A stretch of DNA of 64,000 nt from a virus: the IMG/VR virus record IMGVR_UViG_3300046007_008124, positions 1 to 64,000 of that record; one strand, 5' to 3'. Under the pieces are notes generated by a model. The model had not been told where the DNA came from and searched no databases. It saw only the letters and a program-made list of their open reading frames with translations. Below, one piece after another: positions 49,607-58,573 of this stretch; position 1 is the first letter of the stretch, and every line of letters begins with the position of its first letter. A program made the position numbers and the translations under genes.

Positions 49607-51267
49607 TTACATTAGTAACTGGTCTTTGGGATATTGGTAGAGGTGAATTATCTGATGGGTGGTCAAGATCATTTGATCACTATTTAGATAAATTTTCACA
49701 ACTATTAAAGGTTGATAACAATATGATAATTTTTGGTGATCAGAAATTAAAAGAGTTTGTTTTTAAATATAGAACAGAGGAAAATACTCAATTTATATTA
49801 AAACCAGTTGATTGGTTTAAAAACAACGAGTTTTATGAATTAATCCAAAACATTAGAAAAAATCCATCTTGGTATAATCAAGTAGGTTGGTTAAAAGAGT
49901 CAACACAAGCAAGACTTGAGATGTATAATCCACTTGTTATGTCAAAGATGTTTTTATTACACGACGCAAAACTTTTAGATAAGTTTGATTCAAAATTATT
50001 ATACTGGATTGATGCCGGACTAACAAACACGGTACATCCTGGATATTTTACACACGACAAAGTTTTAGATAAGATACCAAAATTATTTAAAAAATTCACA
50101 TTTGTTTGTTTTCCATATAAAGCAGAAACAGAAGTTCACGGATTTAAATATGATAAGATGTGTGAGTTATCCGGAAAAAATACAGAAATAGTTGCTCGTG
50201 GTGGATTTTTTGGTGGAGATAAAGATTCAATATCACAGATGAATGTTCTTTATTATAACTTGATGATGGAAACATTAAAGTCTGGTTTAATGGGAACAGA
50301 AGAATCTTTATTTACAATTCTTCTATATCAAAATCCATCACTTATTGATTATTGTGAAATAGAATCAAATGGATTACTATATAAATTTTTTGAGGATGTT
50401 AAAAATGATAAGGTTGTATTAAAAAATAAAGGAAAGAAAATTGTGACAAATTATAATGGTGACGTTGGTTTATATGTAATTACATTTAACTCACCAAAAC
50501 AATTTGAAGTTTTAATAAAATCAATGTTGGATTATGATTCAAATTTTATTCATAAGACCAAAAAGTTTTTACTGGATAATTCAACCGATCTTTCAACAAC
50601 TCCGAGGTATAGAGAACTATGTGAAAATTACAATTTTCAACACATTAAAAAGAATAACATTGGTATAACCAGAGGTAGAGTTTTTGTTGCCGAACATTTT
50701 AACGAACAAGAAAATTTATCACATTATTTTTTCTTTGAGGATGATTTTGGTTTCTATTCCGGAAAAGATATTACCTGTAAAAACGGTTTTATAAGAAAAA
50801 TTAATAATATATATGAAAAAACTTTAGAAATAATTAAAAAAGAAAATTTTGACTATTTAAAATTGAATTTTACCGAATTTTATGGTTCTCACAATAAACA
50901 ATGGAGTTGGTATAATGTAAGTCAACAATATAGAGAAAGTCACTGGCCAAACAACCCAAAGTTACCAAAACAAGGACTTGACCCAAATTCACCAAATCTT
51001 GAATTTAAACATATACAATCACATAAAGGATTGGCCTATGTTTCTGGTGAAATTTATTTATCCAACTGGCCAATATTAATGACAAAGGAAGGAAATTATA
51101 ATTGTTATATTAAAACAAAATTCCAACATCCATACGAACAGACTTTAATGTCAAATTGTTATCAAGAAATAATTAAAGGAAATATTAATCCAGGATTACT
51201 TCTTGCAACACCAACAGAACACAATCGTTTTGATTTTTATGAATCTTCATTAAGAAAAGAGTGTTAA
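49603..51267 (+). CDS. HtrL/YibB-like glycosyltransferase fused to a GT-A-like domain
   Basis: TLVTGLWDIGR, YWIDAGL, GGFFGG, GTEES; C-terminal LLDNS and FFEDD. Confidence 0.7.
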   Translation: MITLVTGLWDIGRGELSDGWSRSFDHYLDKFSQLLKVDNNMIIFGDQKLKEFVFKYRTEENTQFILKPVDWFKNNEFYELIQNIRKNPSWYNQVGWLKESTQARLEMYNPLVMSKMFLLHDAKLLDKFDSKLLYWIDAGLTNTVHPGYFTHDKVLDKIPKLFKKFTFVCFPYKAETEVHGFKYDKMCELSGKNTEIVARGGFFGGDKDSISQMNVLYYNLMMETLKSGLMGTEESLFTILLYQNPSLIDYCEIESNGLLYKFFEDVKNDKVVLKNKGKKIVTNYNGDVGLYVITFNSPKQFEVLIKSMLDYDSNFIHKTKKFLLDNSTDLSTTPRYRELCENYNFQHIKKNNIGITRGRVFVAEHFNEQENLSHYFFFEDDFGFYSGKDITCKNGFIRKINNIYEKTLEIIKKENFDYLKLNFTEFYGSHNKQWSWYNVSQQYRESHWPNNPKLPKQGLDPNSPNLEFKHIQSHKGLAYVSGEIYLSNWPILMTKEGNYNCYIKTKFQHPYEQTLMSNCYQEIIKGNINPGLLLATPTEHNRFDFYESSLRKEC

Positions 51268-51293
51268 CGATATATTTATTGTAAAAACAATAA

Positions 51294-51758
51294 ATGGAGT
51301 TCTTTATAAAGAAAAATGCGACACTTCCGGTTTTAAAAATTACAGTCGTAAAAGACGGACGAAGTGATTATAATAATTTTATGGATTTTATTGAGGAATC
51401 TTCCATTTTTTTCTCAATGATTGATACCGAAACCGGTATTCCGAAAATACTAACAAGACCAGCAGGATTTGTAAAAAAAGAATTTATGGACCTAAACACT
51501 CCGGTTGAGTACTATGTCTATTATCAATTTACATCAAAAGATACAAGAAAAGTTGGAAGATTTGAGGGTCAATTTTTATTTAGAAATGATGATGGAGTTT
51601 TAATCCTTCCAATAAGAGATAAACTATTTATAAACATACAAGAAAGTTTCATCGCAGATGATCTTCCTTATGAGAGTTGTTATGTTTCAGAATTTCCTTG
51701 TTGTGTAAAAACACCAGTAATTCCAGTTACAACAACCACAACAACATTACTATTTTAA
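51294..51758 (+). CDS. BppU-like (baseplate upper protein N-terminal-like) small structural protein
   Basis: FFIKKNATLP...YQF...DT...GRFEGQF...ILP; Thr-rich tail. Confidence 0.55.
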   Translation: MEFFIKKNATLPVLKITVVKDGRSDYNNFMDFIEESSIFFSMIDTETGIPKILTRPAGFVKKEFMDLNTPVEYYVYYQFTSKDTRKVGRFEGQFLFRNDDGVLILPIRDKLFINIQESFIADDLPYESCYVSEFPCCVKTPVIPVTTTTTTLLF

Positions 51759-51773
51759 AAAAAATAATTAACT

Positions 51774-54200
51774 ATGGCAAATTTACCAATATCAGTATTA
51801 CCTAATGTAAATGCAAGTGGTGTTACACAAAATGACTTACTTGTTATTGTAAACTATGATGTATTAACTGGGAACACAAAAAACATAACAGCATTAGATT
51901 TTAAAACTTATATAAATTCCGGATCAACACAATTATATGAAGTTGGTTCTGGTACAGACTCAACACAAAGAATTGGTGTTAACGCAAATGCTATTGGTGA
52001 TTACTCTGTTGTTAGTGGTGGACAAAACAATTTTGCAAATAGTGGTTACACTTTTGTTGGTGGTGGTTTAAATAATACAGCATCTGGCGAATATTCAACA
52101 ATTGGTGGTGGAGCTTTTAACACATCAGATGGTGTTTATTCAACAGTAGGTGGTGGAACAAATAACATATCAATTGGGCCTACATCATTTATTGGTGGCG
52201 GACAACAAAATACATCAAGTGGGGATAATTCAACAGTAAGCGGTGGGTACAAAAACACATCAAGTTGTAATGGTTCAACCGTAAGTGGGGGTATTCAAAA
52301 TACATCAAGTGGACAATACTCAACAGTAAGTGGTGGTCGTGGTAATACACCAAATGGATTTGCATCAACCATTAGTGGAGGTTTTAGTAATACATCAAGT
52401 GCGTACTATTCTTTTGTTGGTGGTGGGTGTGCAAATACTATTGACAGCATCATCGCTTCAAGTAGTTATTCTGTCTTTGGTTCAACAATCGGTGGAGGTT
52501 CTTATAACACAATATCATCTTATAGTAGTTGCTACGATTCATATGGTAATACAATTGCTGGAGGAACTTGTAACACAACAGTTTCATCATATTATAATGG
52601 ACAAACAATTGGTGGGGGTGTATGTAATGTAACCTCCAATGATTTTTCAACAGTAAGTGGGGGTTATCTTAACACATCAAGTGGTTCTGTTTCAACCGTA
52701 AGTGGTGGACTTAGAAACACATCAAACGGAAATTCTTCAACTATAAGTGGTGGTCAGTGTAACACATCAAGTGATTGTAACTCAACCGTAAGTGGCGGTT
52801 TTGCCAACACGGCTTCAAATAGTTATTCAACAGTAGGTGGTGGTGGTCAAAATAGGTCAATCGGATGTTCATCAACAGTAAGTGGTGGACTACAAAATAC
52901 TGCAAGTTGTAGTTCTTCAACCGTAAGTGGTGGTCGTTTAAACACATCAAGTGGTCAATATTCATTTATTGGTGGTGGATCTGGTAATACAGCATTTAAT
53001 CTTTATTCAACAGTTGTTGGTGGTAGAGAAAATACATCAAGTGATGATTACTCATTTATTGGTGGTGGTTGTGGTAATAAATCAATTGGTTGTTATTCAA
53101 CCGTAAGTGGTGGTTTGCTTAACACATCAAGTAGTTCTTGTTCATTTGTTGGTGGTGGTCAGACAAACACAACAATTGGTGGTGTATCGTTTATTGGTAG
53201 TGGAAGTCAAAATACTTCATCTGGATGTAATTCAGTTGTCACTGGTGGGTTCTGTAATAGAACAATAGGTGTATGTAACTTCATTGGTGGTGGACAATCA
53301 AATATAACATCAGGTAGTACATCAACAGTAGTCGGCGGCCTTGAAAATAATTCAATAAACAATATGACATTTGTTGGTGGAGGTTTTCAAAATACATCAA
53401 GTGGAGTTTATTCAACAATTGGTGGTGGTCGTCAAAATACATCAAGTGGTTGTTATTCAACAATTGGTGGTGGTTATAAAAACACAACAAATAATAATTC
53501 AGTAACTGTAAGTGGTGGAGTACGTAACACATCAAGTGGTTATAGCTCAACAATTAGTGGGGGGCAACGTAATACTAGTTCAGCCTATGGTTCATTTGTT
53601 GGTGGAGGTAGACTTAACGTTAGTGCAAACTCATCTTCAGTTGTTACTGGAGGTGATTCAAATACCGCTTTAGATTTTTACTCATCAATTAATGGTGGAA
53701 ATCAAAACACAACAAATGGTTTTGCCTCAACTATTGGTGGTGGTTGGAAAAATACGTCTAACGGTATTTGTTCTGTTATTGGTGGTGGTTCATTTAATAT
53801 TTCTAGTACAGATTTTTCAGCAATACTTGGTGGATCTGGAAACACAGCAAATGGTGCTTGTAGTTTTATTGGTGGAGGTCTTAATAATGTAACAAACGAT
53901 AAAGCAATTGTTATTGGTGGTGGTAGAGCTAATCAAGTTACTGCACCATGTTCTGTAATTTTAGGTGGGCAAAATAATTCAATTTGTACAATTTATTCTG
54001 GTATATTGGGTGGGTGCGGAAACTCTGTTGGTCACAACTGTTCATTTATTGTTGGTCATGGTATATCAACATCATGCCCAAATACAACATATGTCAATTG
54101 TTTAAATATTGTAAGTTTACCAACAGAAGCAAGTTTACCTCTCCCAACAGGAACATTATATAGATGTACATCGGATAATTCAATTTATTCGGTACCATAA
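51774..54200 (+). CDS. tail-fibre-like 15-aa repeat protein
   Basis: LPISVLP N-terminus, YEVGSGTDSTQR, long STVSGGxxNTSS array, C-terminal HNCSFIVG...TTYVNCL. Confidence 0.75.
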   Translation: MANLPISVLPNVNASGVTQNDLLVIVNYDVLTGNTKNITALDFKTYINSGSTQLYEVGSGTDSTQRIGVNANAIGDYSVVSGGQNNFANSGYTFVGGGLNNTASGEYSTIGGGAFNTSDGVYSTVGGGTNNISIGPTSFIGGGQQNTSSGDNSTVSGGYKNTSSCNGSTVSGGIQNTSSGQYSTVSGGRGNTPNGFASTISGGFSNTSSAYYSFVGGGCANTIDSIIASSSYSVFGSTIGGGSYNTISSYSSCYDSYGNTIAGGTCNTTVSSYYNGQTIGGGVCNVTSNDFSTVSGGYLNTSSGSVSTVSGGLRNTSNGNSSTISGGQCNTSSDCNSTVSGGFANTASNSYSTVGGGGQNRSIGCSSTVSGGLQNTASCSSSTVSGGRLNTSSGQYSFIGGGSGNTAFNLYSTVVGGRENTSSDDYSFIGGGCGNKSIGCYSTVSGGLLNTSSSSCSFVGGGQTNTTIGGVSFIGSGSQNTSSGCNSVVTGGFCNRTIGVCNFIGGGQSNITSGSTSTVVGGLENNSINNMTFVGGGFQNTSSGVYSTIGGGRQNTSSGCYSTIGGGYKNTTNNNSVTVSGGVRNTSSGYSSTISGGQRNTSSAYGSFVGGGRLNVSANSSSVVTGGDSNTALDFYSSINGGNQNTTNGFASTIGGGWKNTSNGICSVIGGGSFNISSTDFSAILGGSGNTANGACSFIGGGLNNVTNDKAIVIGGGRANQVTAPCSVILGGQNNSICTIYSGILGGCGNSVGHNCSFIVGHGISTSCPNTTYVNCLNIVSLPTEASLPLPTGTLYRCTSDNSIYSVP

Positions 54201-54236
54201 TTAAAACTAAAACATATTTATAAATAAAAATAAAAA

Positions 54237-57200
54237 ATGGCAAATAAAAGAATATCACAATTACCTTATGTAGGAAACACTGGTTATACATCAAATGATA
54301 TAATGCCAATTGTAAATTATGATGTATCAAGTGGTACAACAAAAAATACACCTCTTGTTGATTTAAAAGCTTATATTTTAAGTGGTTCAACAGATTATTA
54401 TGTAACAGGTGGAACTTATTCTGGTGGAACATTAGTTTTGGATAGACAAAATGGTTCAGTAACAATAAATGGTTTTACAACTGGAACAACATTATATGAA
54501 GTTGGTTCTGGAGTTGACTCAACACAAAGAATAGGTGTTAATAATGATGCAAGTGGGGATTACTCAACCGTAAGTGGTGGTCGTCAAAACACATCAAGTG
54601 GTTATTATTCTTTTATTGGTGGTGGACAACAAAATCTAATAACAGGATATACAGCAACAATAAGTGGTGGGTATTTAAACACATCAAGTGGTTGTTATTC
54701 ATTTATTGGTGGAGGAGTTGCTAATAATGTAACAAATATTAAATCGACCGTAGGTGGTGGTGGTTGTAATACCTCAAGTGGTTATTATTCAACCATAAGT
54801 GGTGGAAGATTAAATAAATCAAGTAATTGTGGATCAACAGTAAGCGGTGGAGGACGTAACACATCAAGTAATTATAATTCAACCGTAAGTGGTGGTTATT
54901 GTAACACATCAAGTGGGGATAATTCAACCGTAAGTGGTGGACGTAGTAACACAGCAAGTAATTATAATTCAACTGTAAGTGGTGGTTATAGTAACACATC
55001 AAGTGGTTACGCCTCATTTGTTGGTGGTGGAGTAAATAACACATCAAGTGGTGATTGCTCAACCGTAGGTGGAGGTCGTAATAACACGTCAAATGGACCT
55101 GGAAACTTTATTGGTGGTGGACTTGCTAACTTTACCGACAATAAATTTTCAACTGTAAGTAGTGGATATCGTAACACATCAAGTGGTGGATATGCAACAG
55201 TAGGTGGGGGTTTTTGTAACACATCAAATGGTGATTTTTCTGTAATTGGTGGTGGTCGTGAAAACACATCACAAAATGATTTTGCGTCAGTTTTTGCTGG
55301 ATCTGGTAATACAGCATCAGGGTACTATAGTATTATTGGTAGTGGTATCAAAAATACAAATAATAGTGATCTTGGTTTTCTTGGTGGTGGTTTTTGTAAT
55401 ACATCAAGTGGTTACGATGGAGTACTTGGTGGTGGTGGATGTAATACATTAAATAATTTACTTGGTGGTGTAATTGCCGGTGGTAGATTAAATACTGTTG
55501 TTGGTATCGCCCCAAATACAATTGGGGGTGGTTTTGGAAATAATATATTTGCTTTTGGTCCATCAACAATTAGTGGTGGATACTTAAACACAACAAGAAG
55601 TGACTACTCTACAGTAGGTGGTGGTTCATTAAATACAATAGATTCAATAACAACACAATCTGGTTATTATGTCTTTGGTTCATCAATAGGTGGGGGTTCT
55701 TGTAATACAATATCATCTTATAGTGCATCTTATGATTCTTTTGGTAATACAATTGCCGGAGGAACTTGTAATGTAACTGTATCATCATATAGCAATGGTC
55801 AAACAATTGGTGGAGGATATCGTAATACAACATTGTGTGATTACGCAACCGTAAGTGGTGGTTATCGTAACACATCAAGCGGTAATATCTCAACCGTAAG
55901 TGGAGGTATTAATAACGCATCAAGCGGTAATATCTCAACCGTAAGTGGCGGTCGTTGTAACACATCAAGTGGTAATTCTTCAACCGTAAGTGGTGGTCGT
56001 AATAACACATCAAGTGGGGATTACTCAACCGTAAGTGGTGGTTATCGTAACACATCAAGCGGAAGTGGTTCATTTATTGGTGGGGGAGAAAATAATGTTT
56101 CAGGAATAAATGGAACCGTAAGTGGTGTTTATAATCAAACATACACTGGTGGAACTTTAAATGGAACATTTAATTCAATATCTCCATCATCAACATCTTC
56201 TGGTTATGGTAATGGTGCAACATTTAATTTTGTTTTTAACACAGGAATTTTAACTACTGTTAATCTTGTAACAATTGGTTCTGGATATGTAAACGGAGAT
56301 TTGTTAACATTTGATGGAACTTTATTTGGTGGATCAAGTGGAACCGATGATGTTACTTTAAATATTAATACACAAACAATTGGACCATTCTCAACTGTAA
56401 GTGGTGGTGTTAATAACACATCAAGTGGTAAATATTCAACCGTAAGTGGTGGAGTAAATAACACATCAAGTGGTGATAATTCATTTATTGGCGGTGGTGT
56501 ATGTAATACATCAATTGGTGCCGCTTCATTTATTGGTGGTGGCGTTCGAAACACATCAAGTGGTCAATATTCATTTATTGGTGGTGGACTTAGAAACACA
56601 TCAAACGGAAATTCTTCAACAATAAGTGGTGGATATCGTAACACATCAAGTGGTATATATTCATTTATTGGTACCGGAGAATGTAACACTATTGATTCTG
56701 CTTATTCAGTTGTAAACGGCGGAGTAAATAATACTTCACTTAATATATATAATAGTATATTAGGTGGTTCCGGAAATACAATAAATCACGACTTCTCAAG
56801 TGCCGTTGGTAAAGATGTCACGTCAGTTTCAGCTTGTACATTCCACGTAAATTATTTGGCGTTACAAAATACGCCAGAAACAGATAGTACTAATAACAAT
56901 TTCTTGGTTAGAGACACATCAACAGGTATTTTAAAAACAAGAGATATTTCTCAATCAGCAAACTACTCAACAAGTGCTATAACATCCTCACAAACCTTAA
57001 CTTGGGATAAAGTATATTGGGGTGTTAGTGGATCATCAAATGTTGATTTAACATTACCAACAACAACGTCAAAAGATGGTTACTTTTTAATAATTAAAGA
57101 CGAATCCGGAACCTCCGGATCTTTTAGAATAAGATTAACACCGGCATCGGGTTTGATTGATGGGAATTCATACGTTGATATGAATATAAACTATATGTCT

Positions 57201-57242
57201 CTTACCATTATGGTGAGAAACGGAAATTGGTATTTAATTTAA
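54237..57242 (+). CDS. tail-fibre-like 15-aa repeat protein with distinct C-terminal domain
   Basis: KRISQLP N-terminus, repeats, one copy of the shared module, terminal LTLP...IIKDE...IDG...GNWYLI. Confidence 0.75.
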   Translation: MANKRISQLPYVGNTGYTSNDIMPIVNYDVSSGTTKNTPLVDLKAYILSGSTDYYVTGGTYSGGTLVLDRQNGSVTINGFTTGTTLYEVGSGVDSTQRIGVNNDASGDYSTVSGGRQNTSSGYYSFIGGGQQNLITGYTATISGGYLNTSSGCYSFIGGGVANNVTNIKSTVGGGGCNTSSGYYSTISGGRLNKSSNCGSTVSGGGRNTSSNYNSTVSGGYCNTSSGDNSTVSGGRSNTASNYNSTVSGGYSNTSSGYASFVGGGVNNTSSGDCSTVGGGRNNTSNGPGNFIGGGLANFTDNKFSTVSSGYRNTSSGGYATVGGGFCNTSNGDFSVIGGGRENTSQNDFASVFAGSGNTASGYYSIIGSGIKNTNNSDLGFLGGGFCNTSSGYDGVLGGGGCNTLNNLLGGVIAGGRLNTVVGIAPNTIGGGFGNNIFAFGPSTISGGYLNTTRSDYSTVGGGSLNTIDSITTQSGYYVFGSSIGGGSCNTISSYSASYDSFGNTIAGGTCNVTVSSYSNGQTIGGGYRNTTLCDYATVSGGYRNTSSGNISTVSGGINNASSGNISTVSGGRCNTSSGNSSTVSGGRNNTSSGDYSTVSGGYRNTSSGSGSFIGGGENNVSGINGTVSGVYNQTYTGGTLNGTFNSISPSSTSSGYGNGATFNFVFNTGILTTVNLVTIGSGYVNGDLLTFDGTLFGGSSGTDDVTLNINTQTIGPFSTVSGGVNNTSSGKYSTVSGGVNNTSSGDNSFIGGGVCNTSIGAASFIGGGVRNTSSGQYSFIGGGLRNTSNGNSSTISGGYRNTSSGIYSFIGTGECNTIDSAYSVVNGGVNNTSLNIYNSILGGSGNTINHDFSSAVGKDVTSVSACTFHVNYLALQNTPETDSTNNNFLVRDTSTGILKTRDISQSANYSTSAITSSQTLTWDKVYWGVSGSSNVDLTLPTTTSKDGYFLIIKDESGTSGSFRIRLTPASGLIDGNSYVDMNINYMSLTIMVRNGNWYLI

Positions 57243-57246
57243 TATT

Positions 57247-58467
57247 ATGTCATTTATTTTTAACAACTCAATAAAGTACGCGGACGGTCCAAATATGGAC
57301 GCATTTGGAAGATTAAGAACCGCTGCTGTCACAAATCTTTTGGATATAAAACACGTTTACGATAAAAATCCATTACAAATTAGTGAAGTAACTGCAGGTA
57401 CTGCAACATCAATATTCAATCAACAATATGCGAGAGTTAGAATGTCAACATCAGCAAATAATGATTTGGTTATTAGACAAACTAAAACACACCCAATTTA
57501 TCAACCAGGTAAAAGTCAACTATTTGAAGGCAGTTTTTCAAACTTCCAAATAGAAACAAATATAATTAAACGAATTGGATGTTTCACATCAACAACGGCA
57601 TCCACGTACAATTCGGTATTTGATGGGTTCTTTTTAGAAAGTAATGGTGTAACAAGTGCGATAACATTTAACATTTATTTAAGTGGTTCTTGTACTTATA
57701 GTGCCGATACAACAACTTGGAATAATACAGACTTTGATGTAAACAATTTTGATTGGAGTAACACAAATCTAATGACAGTAGATTATCAATGGTTAGGTGT
57801 TGGTAGGATGAGGTTTGGAATGGTATTATCGGGCCAAACATTTTATTTTTTAGACTATACTGCGGCAAATAATATACCTACCGTTTACATGTCATCACCA
57901 AATCAACCAATTAGGTATGAAATAAGACAAGTAGGTGTTGGTTCAGGATACTTTGATATGTTATGTAGTCAAGTATCGACCGAAGGTGCGTTAAACGGAC
58001 TTTACTCAACCGTTGGTGTTATAAACTCAACAACCGCAAATTTAGGAACTTCAGGTACAAAATATCCGTATATTGGTTATAGGCTTAAAGAAAGTTATAA
58101 ATCAGTGACATCACAATATAGTAGTTTATCCATTTTAAACACCTCAAATGATAATTACTTAGTAACCATTGAATATAACCCTACATTATCCGCAACCCCA
58201 AGTTGGACTGACATACCAAATTCACCATTTCAATACTCGGAATATAATGGGACCGTCACAACAACAATAACATCACCAGGACACATTATGTCATCACTTA
58301 TTGGTGAATCAGGAACATCAGCAATTACAACACTTAAGGTGGATGATAATCAAATTAGAGTTGGATCTAATGTTAACGGAACACTTGACGAAATGTGGAT
58401 ATGTATAACACCACTAAGCAACTCAGCAACATTTTTAGGTACTGTGGAGGTATTATATTATTTATAA
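57247..58467 (+). CDS. putative virion protein (beta-rich)
   Basis: DAFGRLR, YQPGKSQL and DYQWLGVG..RFG motifs recalled from aquatic phage structural proteins. Confidence 0.55.
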   Translation: MSFIFNNSIKYADGPNMDAFGRLRTAAVTNLLDIKHVYDKNPLQISEVTAGTATSIFNQQYARVRMSTSANNDLVIRQTKTHPIYQPGKSQLFEGSFSNFQIETNIIKRIGCFTSTTASTYNSVFDGFFLESNGVTSAITFNIYLSGSCTYSADTTTWNNTDFDVNNFDWSNTNLMTVDYQWLGVGRMRFGMVLSGQTFYFLDYTAANNIPTVYMSSPNQPIRYEIRQVGVGSGYFDMLCSQVSTEGALNGLYSTVGVINSTTANLGTSGTKYPYIGYRLKESYKSVTSQYSSLSILNTSNDNYLVTIEYNPTLSATPSWTDIPNSPFQYSEYNGTVTTTITSPGHIMSSLIGESGTSAITTLKVDDNQIRVGSNVNGTLDEMWICITPLSNSATFLGTVEVLYYL

Positions 58468-58482
58468 TTACAAAATTTTCAT

Positions 58483-58511
58483 TTGACAATTTTTAGAGTA
58501 TTAAATATATT
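58483..58511 (+). promoter_or_regulatory. sigma70-like promoter upstream of DNA polymerase
   Basis: TTGACA (58483-58488), 17-nt spacer, TATATT (58506-58511), overlapping a TATTTAT. Confidence 0.6.
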
Positions 58512-58573
58512 TATTGAGGTAAGGTAAATTTCGTAAACTACGAAAGCTAATACACCACTCAAAAAATATATTT

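Noticed and set aside
35593-56554. Antisense and alternate-frame ORFs over the fibre genes (e.g. 35593-, 36229-, 54739-, 56204-, 44474-)
   Set aside because: Shadows of the repetitive sense frame, with low-complexity translations and no independent leaders.
31006-57242. CRISPR-like array suggested by recurring AACACATCAAGTGG / TCAACCGTAAGTGG
   Set aside because: The period is 45 bp, in frame, inside long ORFs with synonymous variation; these are protein repeats and no cas genes are present.
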